Shown here: positions 23,692-36,289 of the stretch, one piece after another | How positions within the stretch are numbered: position 1 is the stretch's first letter | How the letters are laid out: each line of letters begins with the position of its first letter | Origin: a virus | Lineage: Duplodnaviria > Caudoviricetes | Reading direction: 5' to 3' (one strand) | IMG/VR virus record: IMGVR_UViG_3300011008_002750 | Location: 32,001 to 96,000 of that record | DNA: 64,000 bases | Notes under the pieces: generated by a model | What the model saw: only the letters and a program-made list of their open reading frames with translations | What the model was told of the DNA's origin: nothing | Database searches by the model: none | Translations under genes and position numbers: made by a program

Positions 23692-23925
23692 ATGGAAACC
23701 ATTCAATTAAATGAAGCTAATAAATTCAATTGGTATCTTAGTTATATTGCTTTAACAGATGACGGTAAAGATTTAATAACATTAGCAGAAGGACGAGTAT
23801 ATGATTTTATTCCAAATGAAAATGATCAAATAAAATTTAACGGAGTAGACTATATAGTTATTGGAAGAAAATTTGATTTTGATAGAGGTGCAATTTGGAT
23901 AAAGTTATCAAAAAAATCCTGGTAA
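23692..23925 (+). CDS. hypothetical protein
   Basis: 77-aa ORF followed by a terminator. Confidence 0.6.
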   Translation: METIQLNEANKFNWYLSYIALTDDGKDLITLAEGRVYDFIPNENDQIKFNGVDYIVIGRKFDFDRGAIWIKLSKKSW

Positions 23926-23944
23926 ACTAATTACCAGGATTTTT
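23914..23944. terminator. bidirectional terminator
   Basis: AAATCCTGGTAA/TTACCAGGATTT. Confidence 0.7.
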
Positions 23945-23963
23945 AATATTATATTTTTAATAA

Positions 23964-24521
23964 TTAACTAAAATATTCAATAATTTCATTACCATTATCA
24001 ATTAATGATTTTATAGAAAATCTGAGTCCAACATGAGTATCATCACCTTTTACTAATACAAAATACGGCATATCTTTAATTTTATTTGATCCTGGAACTA
24101 AAGTTGATTGAATATATCTCATTAAATGAGACTTAACTGAAATATACATTTTAATATATGTATCATCTAATGCTTTTATAAGTTTTTCTTCATCATTTTC
24201 ACAATATTGTTGTTTAACAATATTGATTGAATCATAAATTCCTCGATCAACTGTAGAAGGTTCTGTCAGTTCTTTAATAGTTGTCCATGCAGCGGCTGAC
24301 TAGCTATGATATACAACACTTACAACGGGTATATATTTGTAATTTAAAAAATTTCCTAATATTTCAGAAATTTTTAAAATATTAGATTTTAACATTTCAT
24401 GATCAAGTTTTGGTACATTTTGTTCTTTCCATGAACTAAATCCTTCATTTAATGATTTATTTTCCATAAAAGCACGTCTTACACCTGCCATTATAGATTC
24501 TGTTAATTGTTTCTTATTCAT
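23964..24521 (-). CDS. putative internal head protein
   Basis: Joined across one TAG; LTES and LNEG motifs in N-terminus; ATAAATA upstream. Confidence 0.65.
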
Positions 24522-24622
24522 ATTAATTTCAAAAAATATTTTTACTTTTATTATTTATTATTAAACAAAAAGAATTTTTTTCATAAAATAATTAGAAAAA
24601 AAATTATAAATGTATTAATAAT

Positions 24623-25303
24623 ATGAAAAAGAAAGCAGAAACACCAAAACCTATGTCTGAGTATGAAATTGATGCAATGTGGATGTCATATCGCTATGCA
24701 ATTGGCCGTCATACTATAGCATCTTGCATGCATGCTGGAGATATGATTAAAGAAATATATCATAGATTGGAAGAAGAAAGAATTCCATTTACCGTATATG
24801 ATATTAGGCGTGAAATTAATCAGCAGCTTGATTGGAATTTTAATTTTGGATTGAACTTATATGTTCAACAACCAGATTATGACCCAATTAAAGTATTAGT
24901 TGAATTTGCAAAACGTGATGATGTTAAAAAAGCTGGTGGAATTTTCAAATATTTAAGTAATAATAGGGTAGAGGTTTCTGTTAATTCTAATCATGAATAT
25001 GAATATAATTTTAGTGAGCCTATTCGTCCTAGTAGAGAATTATATGCTCATGAGTTAAATGATTTATTAGTATGGTATAATATGTCATGTGCACTTGACA
25101 AAGAAAATCATAAAATTGCAGTGACAGACTTTGAAGGAAAGGTTGAAGAGCATGAAGTTTTTGAATATGTAAAAATTCAACAATATATTGATGCTGAAGA
25201 AGATTTTGCAATTGATTATGTAGATATTAATGATTATTTGGAAAATCCATTTCTTCATAGGTGGATTGCAAAAGAATATATCAAAAAAATAAAACAAGCA
25301 TAA
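24623..25303 (+). CDS. hypothetical protein (MSYRYAIGR motif)
   Basis: 226-aa TAG-free ORF. Confidence 0.75.
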   Translation: MKKKAETPKPMSEYEIDAMWMSYRYAIGRHTIASCMHAGDMIKEIYHRLEEERIPFTVYDIRREINQQLDWNFNFGLNLYVQQPDYDPIKVLVEFAKRDDVKKAGGIFKYLSNNRVEVSVNSNHEYEYNFSEPIRPSRELYAHELNDLLVWYNMSCALDKENHKIAVTDFEGKVEEHEVFEYVKIQQYIDAEEDFAIDYVDINDYLENPFLHRWIAKEYIKKIKQA

Positions 25304-25342
25304 ATTTTTGTTATATAATAAAAGAAATTAAAAAGAAATCTA

Positions 25343-25570
25343 ATGGAAAATAATACAAATCCAAAACAACAATTATTTACTGAATTATTTCGTCCAAAAA
25401 CATTAGAACAAGCTGTAATAGTTCCGAGAATTAGAGAAGAATTATCTAAAGGGTTGGTAGACAATATTTTATTTAGTGGAAAACCTGGAAGTGGCAAATG
25501 TTTAGGTTATGATGAAAAAATAGATGTATATGTTGATGAAGAAACATATAATATTCTATTTAAAGAGTAA
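25343..25570 (+). CDS. gp44: clamp loader gp44 N-extein + 23-aa N-intein
   Basis: FRPKTL..LFSGKPGSGK followed by CLGYDEKID (intein block A), then a true TAA. Confidence 0.85.
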   Translation: MENNTNPKQQLFTELFRPKTLEQAVIVPRIREELSKGLVDNILFSGKPGSGKCLGYDEKIDVYVDEETYNILFKE

Positions 25571-25633
25571 ATGTGATTTTTTTCTTTCCACATCCAAGAT
25601 AAATATAATATAAAATATTATTTTATTAAAGAT

Positions 25634-27028
25634 ATGGAAGAAAAATATATTATTTTTAGAGATTTACCATTATTATATATGCTAAAAAATGAAATAGTAT
25701 AGTAGTTAGAAAAATATAATATAATTACTATATATGATTTTTCTATTGCAGATTTAGTTAATAATAATGTTAAATCTTTTTATATATCTAATAATAAATT
25801 TGAAGAACGTAAATATCCGCATTCAACTTGGTGTAGATATAATAAAAAATGTAAATAGTATATAACATTTGATACATATAATTTATTATATAATAATTAT
25901 TTTTATATAAAAGATAATATTATATAGTTTAGTAATATTAAAGATTATCCAAATGAACTTAGAAAGCTTACTGCTATATTAAGTCATGATAATTGCATTA
26001 ATACAGTTAATAATACATTTCAATATTTAAAAAATAATAATTTATTAAAATTTGAAAATAATATTATTATATGTGATTGTAAAGAATTTGTAAAAACTTA
26101 TAGAGCAATTGCAGATCATCCTTTATGGTTTATAGGTAATAATGAAAATATAAATTATAATAATAAAGAAAATTTATCAAATATACAAAAATTTTTAATA
26201 GATGGTGGAAATATTAGAGATATTACACCTGATTCAATTTTATGTATAAAATGGTGGTTAGCCCGAGGATGGGATGAAAATTATGCTAAACAAAAAATAT
26301 CAGAACTTCAAAGTAAAAATTCATTAAAATATTAGAATAAACGAGAACAAAATCCAGAATAGTATAAAGACATATAGAAAAATCAAATTGGTTATTGGAT
26401 AAAGTTAGGTTATTCTGAATAGGAAGCTAAAGAAAAAGTTAAAGAAAGACAATAGACATTTACATTAGAAAAATGTATTCAAAGATATGGTGAAATTGAA
26501 GGGCGGAAAAAATTCGAAGAGCGCTAGAAAAAATGGTAGAATACATTATAGTCTAAAGATGATTATATTGAAGTAATAATAAAAAGGTGTTCTCATTCAT
26601 TTTATTCAAATATATCTTAGGAATTATTTGATAAATTATATTAGTTATTACAAGAAAATAATATAAATTGCAATGTTTATTATCATAATTTAAATCATGA
26701 ATGGGGATTTGGAATTAAAAAGCACGGTGGAGTTTTATATGATTTTGTTATTCCTGAATTAAAATATGCAATAGAATTTAATGGAAATAGATTTCATCCA
26801 AATAAAGAAAAATTATCTAAAGAAGAATTTAAAAATTGGACAAATCCTTGGGGAGTTACCGCTAAAGAACAATATAAACATGATATGTTTAAAAATAATG
26901 CAATAATTAATAAGGGTTTTACTTTAGATATTATTTGGGAAGATGAATATTTAGAAAACAAAGATAAAATTTTAAATATAATATTAAACAGAATTAAACA
27001 AATATATAATGGCACAAAAATTAGTTAA
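25634..27028 (+). CDS. free-standing Vsr/DUF559-like (PD-(D/E)XK) homing endonuclease, 464 aa
   Basis: Open with TAG=Q (missed by track); YWIKLGYSE/KCIQRYG repeats; YDF..AIEFNGNRFH..D..K..GFTLDIIWEDE. Confidence 0.8.
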
Positions 27029-28238
27029 AGTTAATATTTCTATTGGAGAGTTATTTGATAAACTTAATTTAAATAATTCTAAATATGAAGAAACGCAACA
27101 TTCTAAATATAAAGTTTATATAGAAAATGTTGATGGAGAAATTGTTCCTATTTTAGGATATGTTAAAAAACGTGTAAATTTATGTAAGTATACATATAAA
27201 GCCGTAGCAAATGATAATGTTTATACATTAACATGTAGTGATAAACATATTCTTATTGATGAATATGGAAAAAATTGTTTAGCTAAAGATGCAAATTATT
27301 GTCAAAATATATATGATGGCAAATTAGAAAAAATTAATGAAGAAGTACTAGGTGAAGGCGATGCATATGATATTGCTATAAAGGCACCACATTTATATTT
27401 TACATCTAATGGAATTATTCATCATAATACTACTTTAACTCGTATCCTTGCATCTGAATGTGATGACCCACTTTATATTAATGCATCTTTGGAACGCGGC
27501 ATTGACACTATTCGTGAAAAGATTATTAGTTATGCTTCATCTTCATCATTATGGGGTGGTGAAGAAAAACTTAAAGTTATTATTCTTGAGGAGTGCGACA
27601 ATTTGACAAATGACGCTTGGTCAGCTCTTCGTGCAACTATTGAACAATTCCATAGAACAACTCGATTTATTGGAAACTGCAACTATATTGAAAAAATTCC
27701 AGAGCCAATTCAATCACGTTTCAATTGCATCCCAATTGAACCAATTAATCAAGAGGAAGAAGCATATTTGTTAAATGGTTTTACTGAGAGAGCTAAATTA
27801 ATTTTGAATGCGTGCCATATCACTTATAAAGACGAGGATGTTGAGAAATTTGTGAAGGCAGATTTTCCAGATATGCGGTCAATCATTAAAAAGATTCAAC
27901 AATTATATACAAGAGGCATTACAGAATTAACTCCTGCAACATTAGGGACAACTTTTGACTGTGGACAATTATTCAATATAATTATGACTCCCGGCAACCC
28001 TACAGAGAATTATAAAGCTTTAGTAGCAGATTGGTCAACAAAAGCTGAAGATGGGTTATTGATGCTTGGACAACAATTCCCAAATTATATTCAGACGGTT
28101 TGTCCAGATAGAATAAATAAATTACCAATGGTTATTATAACCATTTGTGAATATCAATCTCAACTTCATTATGCAATTGACAAATTTATTGTTTTGTTGG
28201 CATTGATATATAAATTACAAAATATTATGAATAGTTAA
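27009..28238 (+). CDS. gp44: 140-aa C-intein + clamp loader gp44 C-extein
   Basis: TCSDKH (block B), YDIAI..HLYFTSNGIIHHN|T then INASLERGID, ILEECD, CNY, QSRF AAA+/RFC motifs. Confidence 0.9.
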   Translation: MAQKLVKVNISIGELFDKLNLNNSKYEETQHSKYKVYIENVDGEIVPILGYVKKRVNLCKYTYKAVANDNVYTLTCSDKHILIDEYGKNCLAKDANYCQNIYDGKLEKINEEVLGEGDAYDIAIKAPHLYFTSNGIIHHNTTLTRILASECDDPLYINASLERGIDTIREKIISYASSSSLWGGEEKLKVIILEECDNLTNDAWSALRATIEQFHRTTRFIGNCNYIEKIPEPIQSRFNCIPIEPINQEEEAYLLNGFTERAKLILNACHITYKDEDVEKFVKADFPDMRSIIKKIQQLYTRGITELTPATLGTTFDCGQLFNIIMTPGNPTENYKALVADWSTKAEDGLLMLGQQFPNYIQTVCPDRINKLPMVIITICEYQSQLHYAIDKFIVLLALIYKLQNIMNS

Positions 28239-28240
28239 TT

Positions 28241-28588
28241 ATGTGGTTTATAAAAGTAGATGATGATTTAACATTAGAAAATGTATGTGATATTACTAAT
28301 ACAGAGCCTAAGGCTTTGTTTAATCCATTACATGAAGATGTTTTGAATATTATTTTGCGTGATGTAGATGATCATACGCAACATACTAATAATATGATAT
28401 ATACAAATATCACTATTCCATTTGAAAATGTTGATTTGACTATGAAAAATGGAGTTCCATTTGGAGAAATCGATAAAGATATTACCGGGCTTAGTTTATA
28501 TATTGATGAAGACAATTATGCACTTGCAGACCAAATTATGAATTCATTTGATGAATGGGATGCACGCGCAATGATGGCAAAACTTTAA
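28241..28588 (+). CDS. hypothetical protein
   Basis: 115-aa ORF. Confidence 0.7.
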   Translation: MWFIKVDDDLTLENVCDITNTEPKALFNPLHEDVLNIILRDVDDHTQHTNNMIYTNITIPFENVDLTMKNGVPFGEIDKDITGLSLYIDEDNYALADQIMNSFDEWDARAMMAKL

Positions 28589-28611
28589 AAGATTTTAAAA
28601 TATGATAAGAA

Positions 28612-28639
28612 AAATGAGATTCAAATTTGAATCTCATTT
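28612..28639. terminator. bidirectional terminator
   Basis: AAATGAGATTCAAA/TTTGAATCTCATTT. Confidence 0.65.
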
Positions 28640-29533
28640 GTTTTGTAATTGTTTTGGTTTATATTTTTCTTCAATAGGACAATTCATAAACACACTTTCA
28701 TAATTATAATATGGATAAAATACCCCACTTGTATCAAATATATCTGCATCATTTTTAAATTTCCAATTTGAAATATCCTAATTGAATGAATCTGCATCTA
28801 AAAACATACATTTTAATAATTTGACGTTAGACACATCCCATTTACCAATTGGCTAATTAAATTTTTTAGCAAATGTAAACATATGTTCCATATTTACAAC
28901 TTTAGAAACATTCCAATTAGAAATGTTTTGATTAAATTCGGCACAGCCCCAAAACATTCCTTCCATAGTTTTAGCATTAGATACATCCCATTTAGAAATA
29001 TCACAATTAAATGGATATTGCTTCTTAAATTTATCGGCTTGTGGATAATCTAAGTAATCAGTAAAATTAAATAAGAAACTCATATCTGTTACGCCAGAAA
29101 CATCTATCCAATTCAAATCACAATTTGGCCCATTTTCTTCAACTGCTTCAATTATAATTTTCTACAAATCTCTTTTTGATGTAATTTTTCTAAATTTACT
29201 ATCAAAAAGTGGTTTATTTTTTTCATAAATTTCATATAAATCTTCATCTAATTCATTTGGATTATATCTATTAATCATATATCTAATAATATAAAACTAT
29301 TCTTCTGTTATACCTAATTCTTTAAGATATAATGGCAAATTTTTAAATACAGCTTGCCACATTTCATTAGATAATGGTCTATTATGTTGAATATTTTGCG
29401 CTATTAGTTTTTCAAATGGCACTGATACCTATTTAGATTTAATATTCTAAACTTGTTCATCATCGTCAAAATCATCTAGGGCTAGCTAGATACCATTATT
29501 TATTGCTTCTAATATTTTATTATAGTTTTTCAT
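28634..29533 (-). CDS. N-terminal module + DUF285/BspA-type repeat protein
   Basis: MKNYNKILEAINNGIQLALDDF..; DLNWIDVS and ISxWDVSNV repeats; open with TAG=Q. Confidence 0.8.
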
Positions 29534-29635
29534 AATTAATTTATTATTTCAATATATTTATTTTTATAAATAAAAACTAAGTTTCTGTAAAAATATAAAA
29601 TAAATAATAAAAGAAATTTATATATAACATAAATT

Positions 29636-30502
29636 ATGAAAATGAAGTTTCCATATGAATTATCTGAATAGAGAATAAGTTTATTATCTAAAGAAGATTA
29701 GAGAATATATAGATTTGAGCATTCAGATTTTTTCGATTATAATACTAAATAGAGATGCATGCAAGAATATCAAAATGCTTTATTAGAGCGTCAAGGATAT
29801 TATGTGCAAGAAATTAAAAAGGATCCACAATTTAATTATCTTAATGAATCTGAAGTTTTTGAAACTGCCAATGAATTAACACTATATGAAACTAATTAGT
29901 TTATAGATGAATTAGGTGCTATTATAGAAACTGCAATATTAGAAGGAATATATACTGAAGGTGAAGCAGCTGAAGTAATAACAGAAATAGTTAATAATAT
30001 GCAAGATTTTGGAAAAAGGGCCTTAAATGAAAGAGCAGCAGATACTATTGGTCCTGATATGACATGGTGGGCAGAAGGTTTAGGAGGAATATTTGCTGGG
30101 GCATTTAGTATTATTATAGCAATGATAATGCGCGGAAAAACAAAAGGAGCAATTCGAGCATTAGAAAATTATATGAATGAAATTGTAGAAAAAGTTGATG
30201 ATGGTGTTAATAAAACTAAAGGACGTGGTTTATGGAATAGAATAAAATCTTTATTTGGAAAAAAATTAAAAGAAGGTGAATAGAATACTATATGCCTTAG
30301 AATGCTTCAAGAAAATTTTTAGGCTGATATAGCTACAAAATCTATGGTTTTATGTAAAAAAATTGGTTTACTTCCAGATAATTGGGATACTGCTTTTTCT
30401 TATATAATATAGAGTAATTTTACTGCTGGTTCTTATCAAGATTTTATTAATAATATTGCAGAGCCAGTTAATGAATTAGGAAACCTTAAGTCAAATGAAT
30501 AA
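29636..30502 (+). CDS. putative internal/ejection protein with a TM segment
   Basis: Open with TAG=Q; LNES/LNER motifs; GLGGIFAGAFSIIIAMIM. Confidence 0.7.
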
Positions 30503-30531
30503 AAATGAAAAATAAAATTTTATTTTAATAT

Positions 30532-33500
30532 ATGAAAATTAAAATTAAAAATAATAAGAATATAAAAGAATTAAAAGAAAGCCAATTGTTAGAATTGGAT
30601 AATCCAGCTATACAAGAAAATAATAAATCGACTGCTGCTAATTTATATAAAGCGCTATGCGCAAAGCAATTTATATAGGATCGCAAAAAGGAGGATGTTC
30701 TTATTAATGTTGTAGTTCCAGATAAATTATATACAAATTTAAATATCTTAAAGTCCCCAATAGATATATAGAATTTAATGACATCTGCTATTACCAATAA
30801 ATCTGAAAAAACTAGGGATTTTGAAAAATGGGGGATGGTTGATCCAATTGCTACATATAATTCAGCTGAAGATTGTTGTGCAACTGCATTTAAAAATTTT
30901 AATTCTAAAATTCAATTAGCCAAATCCAAAGATGAGCAACAACTGAATAAAGAAAATGTTGCATCAGAAGGCATTTTAATTAAAAATACTAATGTATTAA
31001 ATGAAATTACCACTGCAGCCGCAACTGCTGCTGGAGTTCAAAGTGGATTAGCTATTTCTCATGGAATTAATCTAATTAATTGTTTTGGAGCGGGATTAGT
31101 TAGTACTGTTGGTGCAACTGTTACTGTATGGGGTTCTTTATTTGCTGGATTATGTGTCGGCACACATGAGATATCAAAATATGCCGGCTATAAATTAACA
31201 GATGCAACTCCAAATGGAACAAAACAAGATGGAAAAGAAATCACAGATCCAAGTAAAGATATTTTATCTAATATAACTAAAAGTACTACATTAGATTTTA
31301 ATAATGTATCTCCAGCAATAGAAACATATATTAATGATATTATGCAATCTATTAGAGATTTATTATAGGGATTGTCTCCAAATATGTTAGAGGACTTTAA
31401 TAAAATTTCTAAATATATTACAAATTATATGGCAGTATCATCAGATAAAGCTGAAAATTTTATAAAGGAAAACTCTGAAGCATTAAAAGAATAGGAAAAG
31501 ATAAGGCATGATAAAGAAATTATTGATTTAAATAAACAAAAAACTGCATTAGAAAAACAATCAAATTTTATAACAAAAATGTTAGAAGCAGCTAGTGCTG
31601 AATAGCAAATACGAAAAGATGAATTTGTAAAAATTAACGCAATTATTAATTATTATAAAACTGCTAATTCAAAAGACTATGAAAAAAAGAGAATGTTGGA
31701 AGATGCATTAGAAGAAGGTGGCATTAAAAAAGTTATTGTAACATATACTACAAGTATCGAGAAATCACCTAAAAAGACGCAAGAAACACCTCAACTTGCA
31801 TCTGCTGCATATTTAGGAAATAATAGTAATAGTTTAAATGAAGCTGCAGAAGAATTAGCAGTAGGAAATAAACCAGATTTACCATTAGATACAATATATA
31901 AAGGGCTATACACAGATCTTAAAAGCAATTTTGATGCATTATGCGCTAAATTTGATAAAAAGCAAATGACAAATTTGGAAGAAACCAAAGAAAATATGAA
32001 GCTCCTTATTGACGAAGCGGATAAAACTATTAAAGATCGAATAGAAAAAATAACAAAATCTAATTAGACCTCATCTGGAAATGAATCTGGATTAACTAAA
32101 GCTGCTGTACAATTTTTAGCTGGACATCCGTTAGAAGCTGATAATTTATTAGAAATTTGGAGTCGTCATTTAGCAGATCTTAAATAGCGAATGAATGCAA
32201 GAATTAAAATAATGACTGATACTGGAAATTCAACCAGAACACTTGGATGGACTATTTCATTTTTACAAAATGTTATGCCTGATCTTATATCAAGGCTGCT
32301 CACATATCGTTATGGGTATTAGGTATTAGCTAAAAAAGGAATGTATACATATAATACAGCCAAAATTAAAAAGGATATGGAGTTGTATAATGATACAAGT
32401 ACTGGCCTTAAAACTATATATGAAGAGAGTCCAAGGGCTAAATTAATTTTCATTTTAAATAATTATAGTGGAGATTATACTAATACTGGTAAAAGTTGTA
32501 TATCTCCAGATGAAAATGGTAAATTTACTTTAAATGAAAATTATTTAGCATACGGTTCATTATTAGCTAAAAAACTTAAACCTAGACTATCTGATGAAAA
32601 TATTATTAAAATGGGAGTAGACTTAGCAAATATTAATAAAACTATAGAAGGCGCTGAATATTTATATAATGGCTTATATGGGGCACTTAAAAGATATCCA
32701 GCAATGTCGCTTTTTCCACAAAGTGATAATTTTGAAATAGAATTTGATAATTTAATTAATACATTTAAAATGAATGATGAAATTAAAGCATTAAAAGATA
32801 CTATATTAACGGCATATAATAAAATTAAAAATATAGGTAATAATGTATTATCCAACTTAAATGTAGAAAATGCTAAAAATATTGCATAGTCATTTTATAT
32901 TATTGCTAATAATAATCCAATGGTTATTTATAACATATATATGAAAAACGAAGGTGATATTACAAAATTATTAACAGAATTTAAAGCAGCAGAAAAAAAT
33001 GATAATAAAACTTTAAATAAAATTAGGCAAGATATACATAAAATATTTTCTAATATTGATTTTTCAAATCTTAATGAAACCGATGAAAACATATATATAT
33101 CAACAATTAAAAATATGTTTGAATCAAAATATAATAATGACTATTATTCATATATTATTTCATTTGCAGATAGAACAAAATTAGGAATACCACATTTATT
33201 TTCAAAAAATGGTATTAAACAATCATGTGCAATATTTCCAGTCTTAGTAGAGCTGGCTTCATCCGGTATATTATCATATGTAGAAGATGAAGATAAATCA
33301 GAAAAAGTTGATACCACTAAAATTGATGAATTAATTAAAGAAATTAAAGATATCCCGTGTGCAAAACTTGCTGCATATAATACATTATCATCTATTGATG
33401 CATCAAATAATCCTACTTTTGAAGAATGTAAAAAGATTTTAATATATAATCAAAATGAATATATAAAATCAACTATTAAAGAATATAATAAAATATCTAG

Positions 33501-33819
33501 TGATGTTGCAGCAAAAGCAGAATCAAATAAATCTAAATATGTATTAGATTTGTAGGGTGATACTAATAATTTAAGTAATATTATAATTAAAATAGGTGAA
33601 AAACAATATGAAAATTATGATAGTAAATCATTAATTACAGATTTAAGTACATATTCTATTAAAGATACTAGTATACAATTTAATAAGTTAGATGATAATG
33701 ATAAACTTATTATTTGTAATAATTTATTAACTGCTATAAAAAATTCAAAAGATATTGTTGAATATAAATAGATAGTTAAAAGTATTGATGATGCAATTAA
33801 AATTGCTGATGAAGAATAA
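30532..33819 (+). CDS. large putative internal/ejection protein, 1095 aa
   Basis: Four track ORFs join in one frame; Gly/Ala hydrophobic hairpin after LNEI; coiled coils. Confidence 0.75.
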
Positions 33820-33849
33820 TATATAAAATAAATATATTGAATTAAAATT

Positions 33850-34131
33850 ATGGAAGAAATATATTTCGGTAATAAAACATATTAGTTTAATAATAATATT
33901 TTATTTGAATCTGATATTGTGGATTTAAATGAAGAAAATAAAAAAGAAAAAGTAGATACATTTAATGGTGCATTAGATGTTATTATGTAGAGTGAAGAAA
34001 AAGCAAAAAAGTTTTTATAGGAATTAAATAATACAAAGAATTCAGAACAAAACGGTAATTAGGAAGATATTAATAAAATAGATTAGACCGCAACTGTATT
34101 TGCTACTCCTATGTCACTTCCTAAATTATAA
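33850..34131 (+). CDS. hypothetical protein (TAG-rich)
   Basis: ATG 33850 to TAA 34129; LFES motif. Confidence 0.6.
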
Positions 34132-34143
34132 TAAAATTATATT

Positions 34144-35610
34144 ATGCAATTTGATTTTAATAAAAATATTAATGAATCTGAAGAATCTTATAAATCATTA
34201 TTATAGTTTTATAAGAAAACCCATTAGTTTTCAAAATTGGCAGAATTGATTAAATAGCATCAAGCTGAAAAAGCTATGCAAACTGATACTATTTCTAAAG
34301 AACCTGACGAAAATATTACTGTAGATAATCATATTGTTAAAGATCCGTCAATATATACTAAATTTGAAAAAACTATTGATAATTCTAATTTTAAATCTTT
34401 ATTATTAAAAGTTGCTCAAATTCATGAATAGATTCTTGATTTATATGAGTATACTTTATATGAAGATAATTGGACTGACACAACTAATGATCAGTTTGAA
34501 AATTTGTTATCAGAATATAATAAAAATTTAGATTAGCTTAAATCTGAACTTCCTTCGGTGGAATGGCATTCAGAAAAACTCAAATCTGAATTTATGAGGA
34601 TATTTAATGAAGTTTTGATAGAAGATGCTAATTCATGGAATAGAGTTTATGCACGTCATACTAATTATTTAAGATATAGAACTAATCGTAAAAATATTAT
34701 TCTATAGATTGCAGATATTATTGGCAAATTAAAAATATCAAAAGGCAGTGATGAAAATGCAATATTCAAATATTTTAATAATAGATGCGCAAATATTCAA
34801 TTATATGATAATTCTAATAAAGCAGGTAAAAAAGACGTTCTTTTAAATTGGTTTAAACCTAATTTAAATAAAATTATTGATGAACTTCGCGATGATGGTT
34901 TATTTGTATCTGGCAGTTCTGTTGATGCAGTAACTATTTCAAGAATATTTCATTTATATGTTAAATGTCGTAAATTAGCATATGCAATATTTAATTTAAT
35001 GACATCTAATAGTGACTATAATGGATATGATAAATGGCATAATAGATTTATTGATTACTGCGATGCAACATTAGCTGACAAACAATTAGAGTTTTTAATA
35101 AATGCAGTTGATGCTGAAAATCAATTTGAAGATGTTGATGACTATCAAAATATAATGGACGAAGAGTCGTGGGAAGCTAAAGGAATTTATGAATCGTGGT
35201 TTGATGACAGTTTGGAATATTATCAGTCTCATAAAGAAAGATATAATAAATCTAAAATCAATAAAATAAACATGGTTCCTACTAATGCTAATCAATGCAG
35301 AGTCACATGTGATGGTAAAAATGTTTATGCAAATGCAACATTCTATCCTGGTGATATTATTGAAATTTGTCCAACTAAAAAAATAGACAAAGCTGCGTTA
35401 TATTCTAAAGATATGAGGGAATCCGTTTTTGAAGTTGTTCCAAATGAAGAGTGGGTTCTTCCCTATGGATATTGCAGATTTTACTTAAGTGATCATTTAG
35501 GTGATGGAAATTGCAATTATATTTGGGATCCAGTAAATAGAGTTATTGTTATAAAAGCAATAAATAAAATACCAAAATACAGCAAACTATTATTAAATAT
35601 ATAGTTATAA
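34144..35610 (+). CDS. protein with C-terminal degenerate SET-like domain
   Basis: VYANATFYPGDIIEICP..LPYGY..NC..IKAINKIPKYSKLLL resembles minimal SET domains. Confidence 0.6.
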
Positions 35611-35703
35611 ATAACGCTTGGAATAATTTTTTCAAAAAATTATAATAAATAATAAAAGAGATATAAAAAATAGGATATAAGTATCCACAAATATATATTA
35701 ATT

Positions 35704-36180
35704 ATGAAAAATTTTAATACAGTTTATAATAATAGCAGACAACAAGTTTTAAAAGAAAGAGCTGCAATGTATGAGTCACAAAAGGTGGCAATTGTAAAAG
35801 TTCTTAAAGAGAACTATATGGTTACTGGCAATATTTCTGATCTTCCGGTAGAAGAGCAAAAACAATTTGCTGCGCGTCTTCTTGAATATTGGTCTCCAAA
35901 GACTGGTATTAAGAAAGAGGGTGTAAAGTTATTGAATGAAAATGAATTGACTTTATCTCCAGCTTCTAATAAAGAGGACATCAAATTATATATTGAGAAG
36001 CAAGTTAAAAAACATTTAGTTGCTATAACAGAATCTTATCGTCAAAATAATGTTGGGTTAGTAACTGAAGCTATTAAAGCAGATGTTGAACCAAAGATTC
36101 ATAAAACTCTTAAAGAATCTTTTGTCAATAATATTGTTTGGAATTTAATTTCTGATCGTATTAAATTTGGATTAAATTGA
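35704..36180 (+). CDS. putative head core/internal protein
   Basis: 158-aa ORF with several L/I-x-E motifs; ATAAATA upstream. Confidence 0.7.
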   Translation: MKNFNTVYNNSRQQVLKERAAMYESQKVAIVKVLKENYMVTGNISDLPVEEQKQFAARLLEYWSPKTGIKKEGVKLLNENELTLSPASNKEDIKLYIEKQVKKHLVAITESYRQNNVGLVTEAIKADVEPKIHKTLKESFVNNIVWNLISDRIKFGLN

Positions 36181-36289
36181 TTTAATTTAAAAACCCTCCT
36201 AAATAATTAATATATAGAGAAATGAAATTGACTATTATTTATAATAGTTGATTTCATTTTATTATTATAGTTAAATAAATATATTAAAT

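Noticed and set aside
25571-27008. Group I intron interrupting the clamp loader
   Set aside because: The insert is nearly all ORF, with no room for a ribozyme core; the flanks are intein halves with their own stop and start.
33850-35610. Single fused gene
   Set aside because: Same frame but separated by TAA TAA and a new ATG at 34144.
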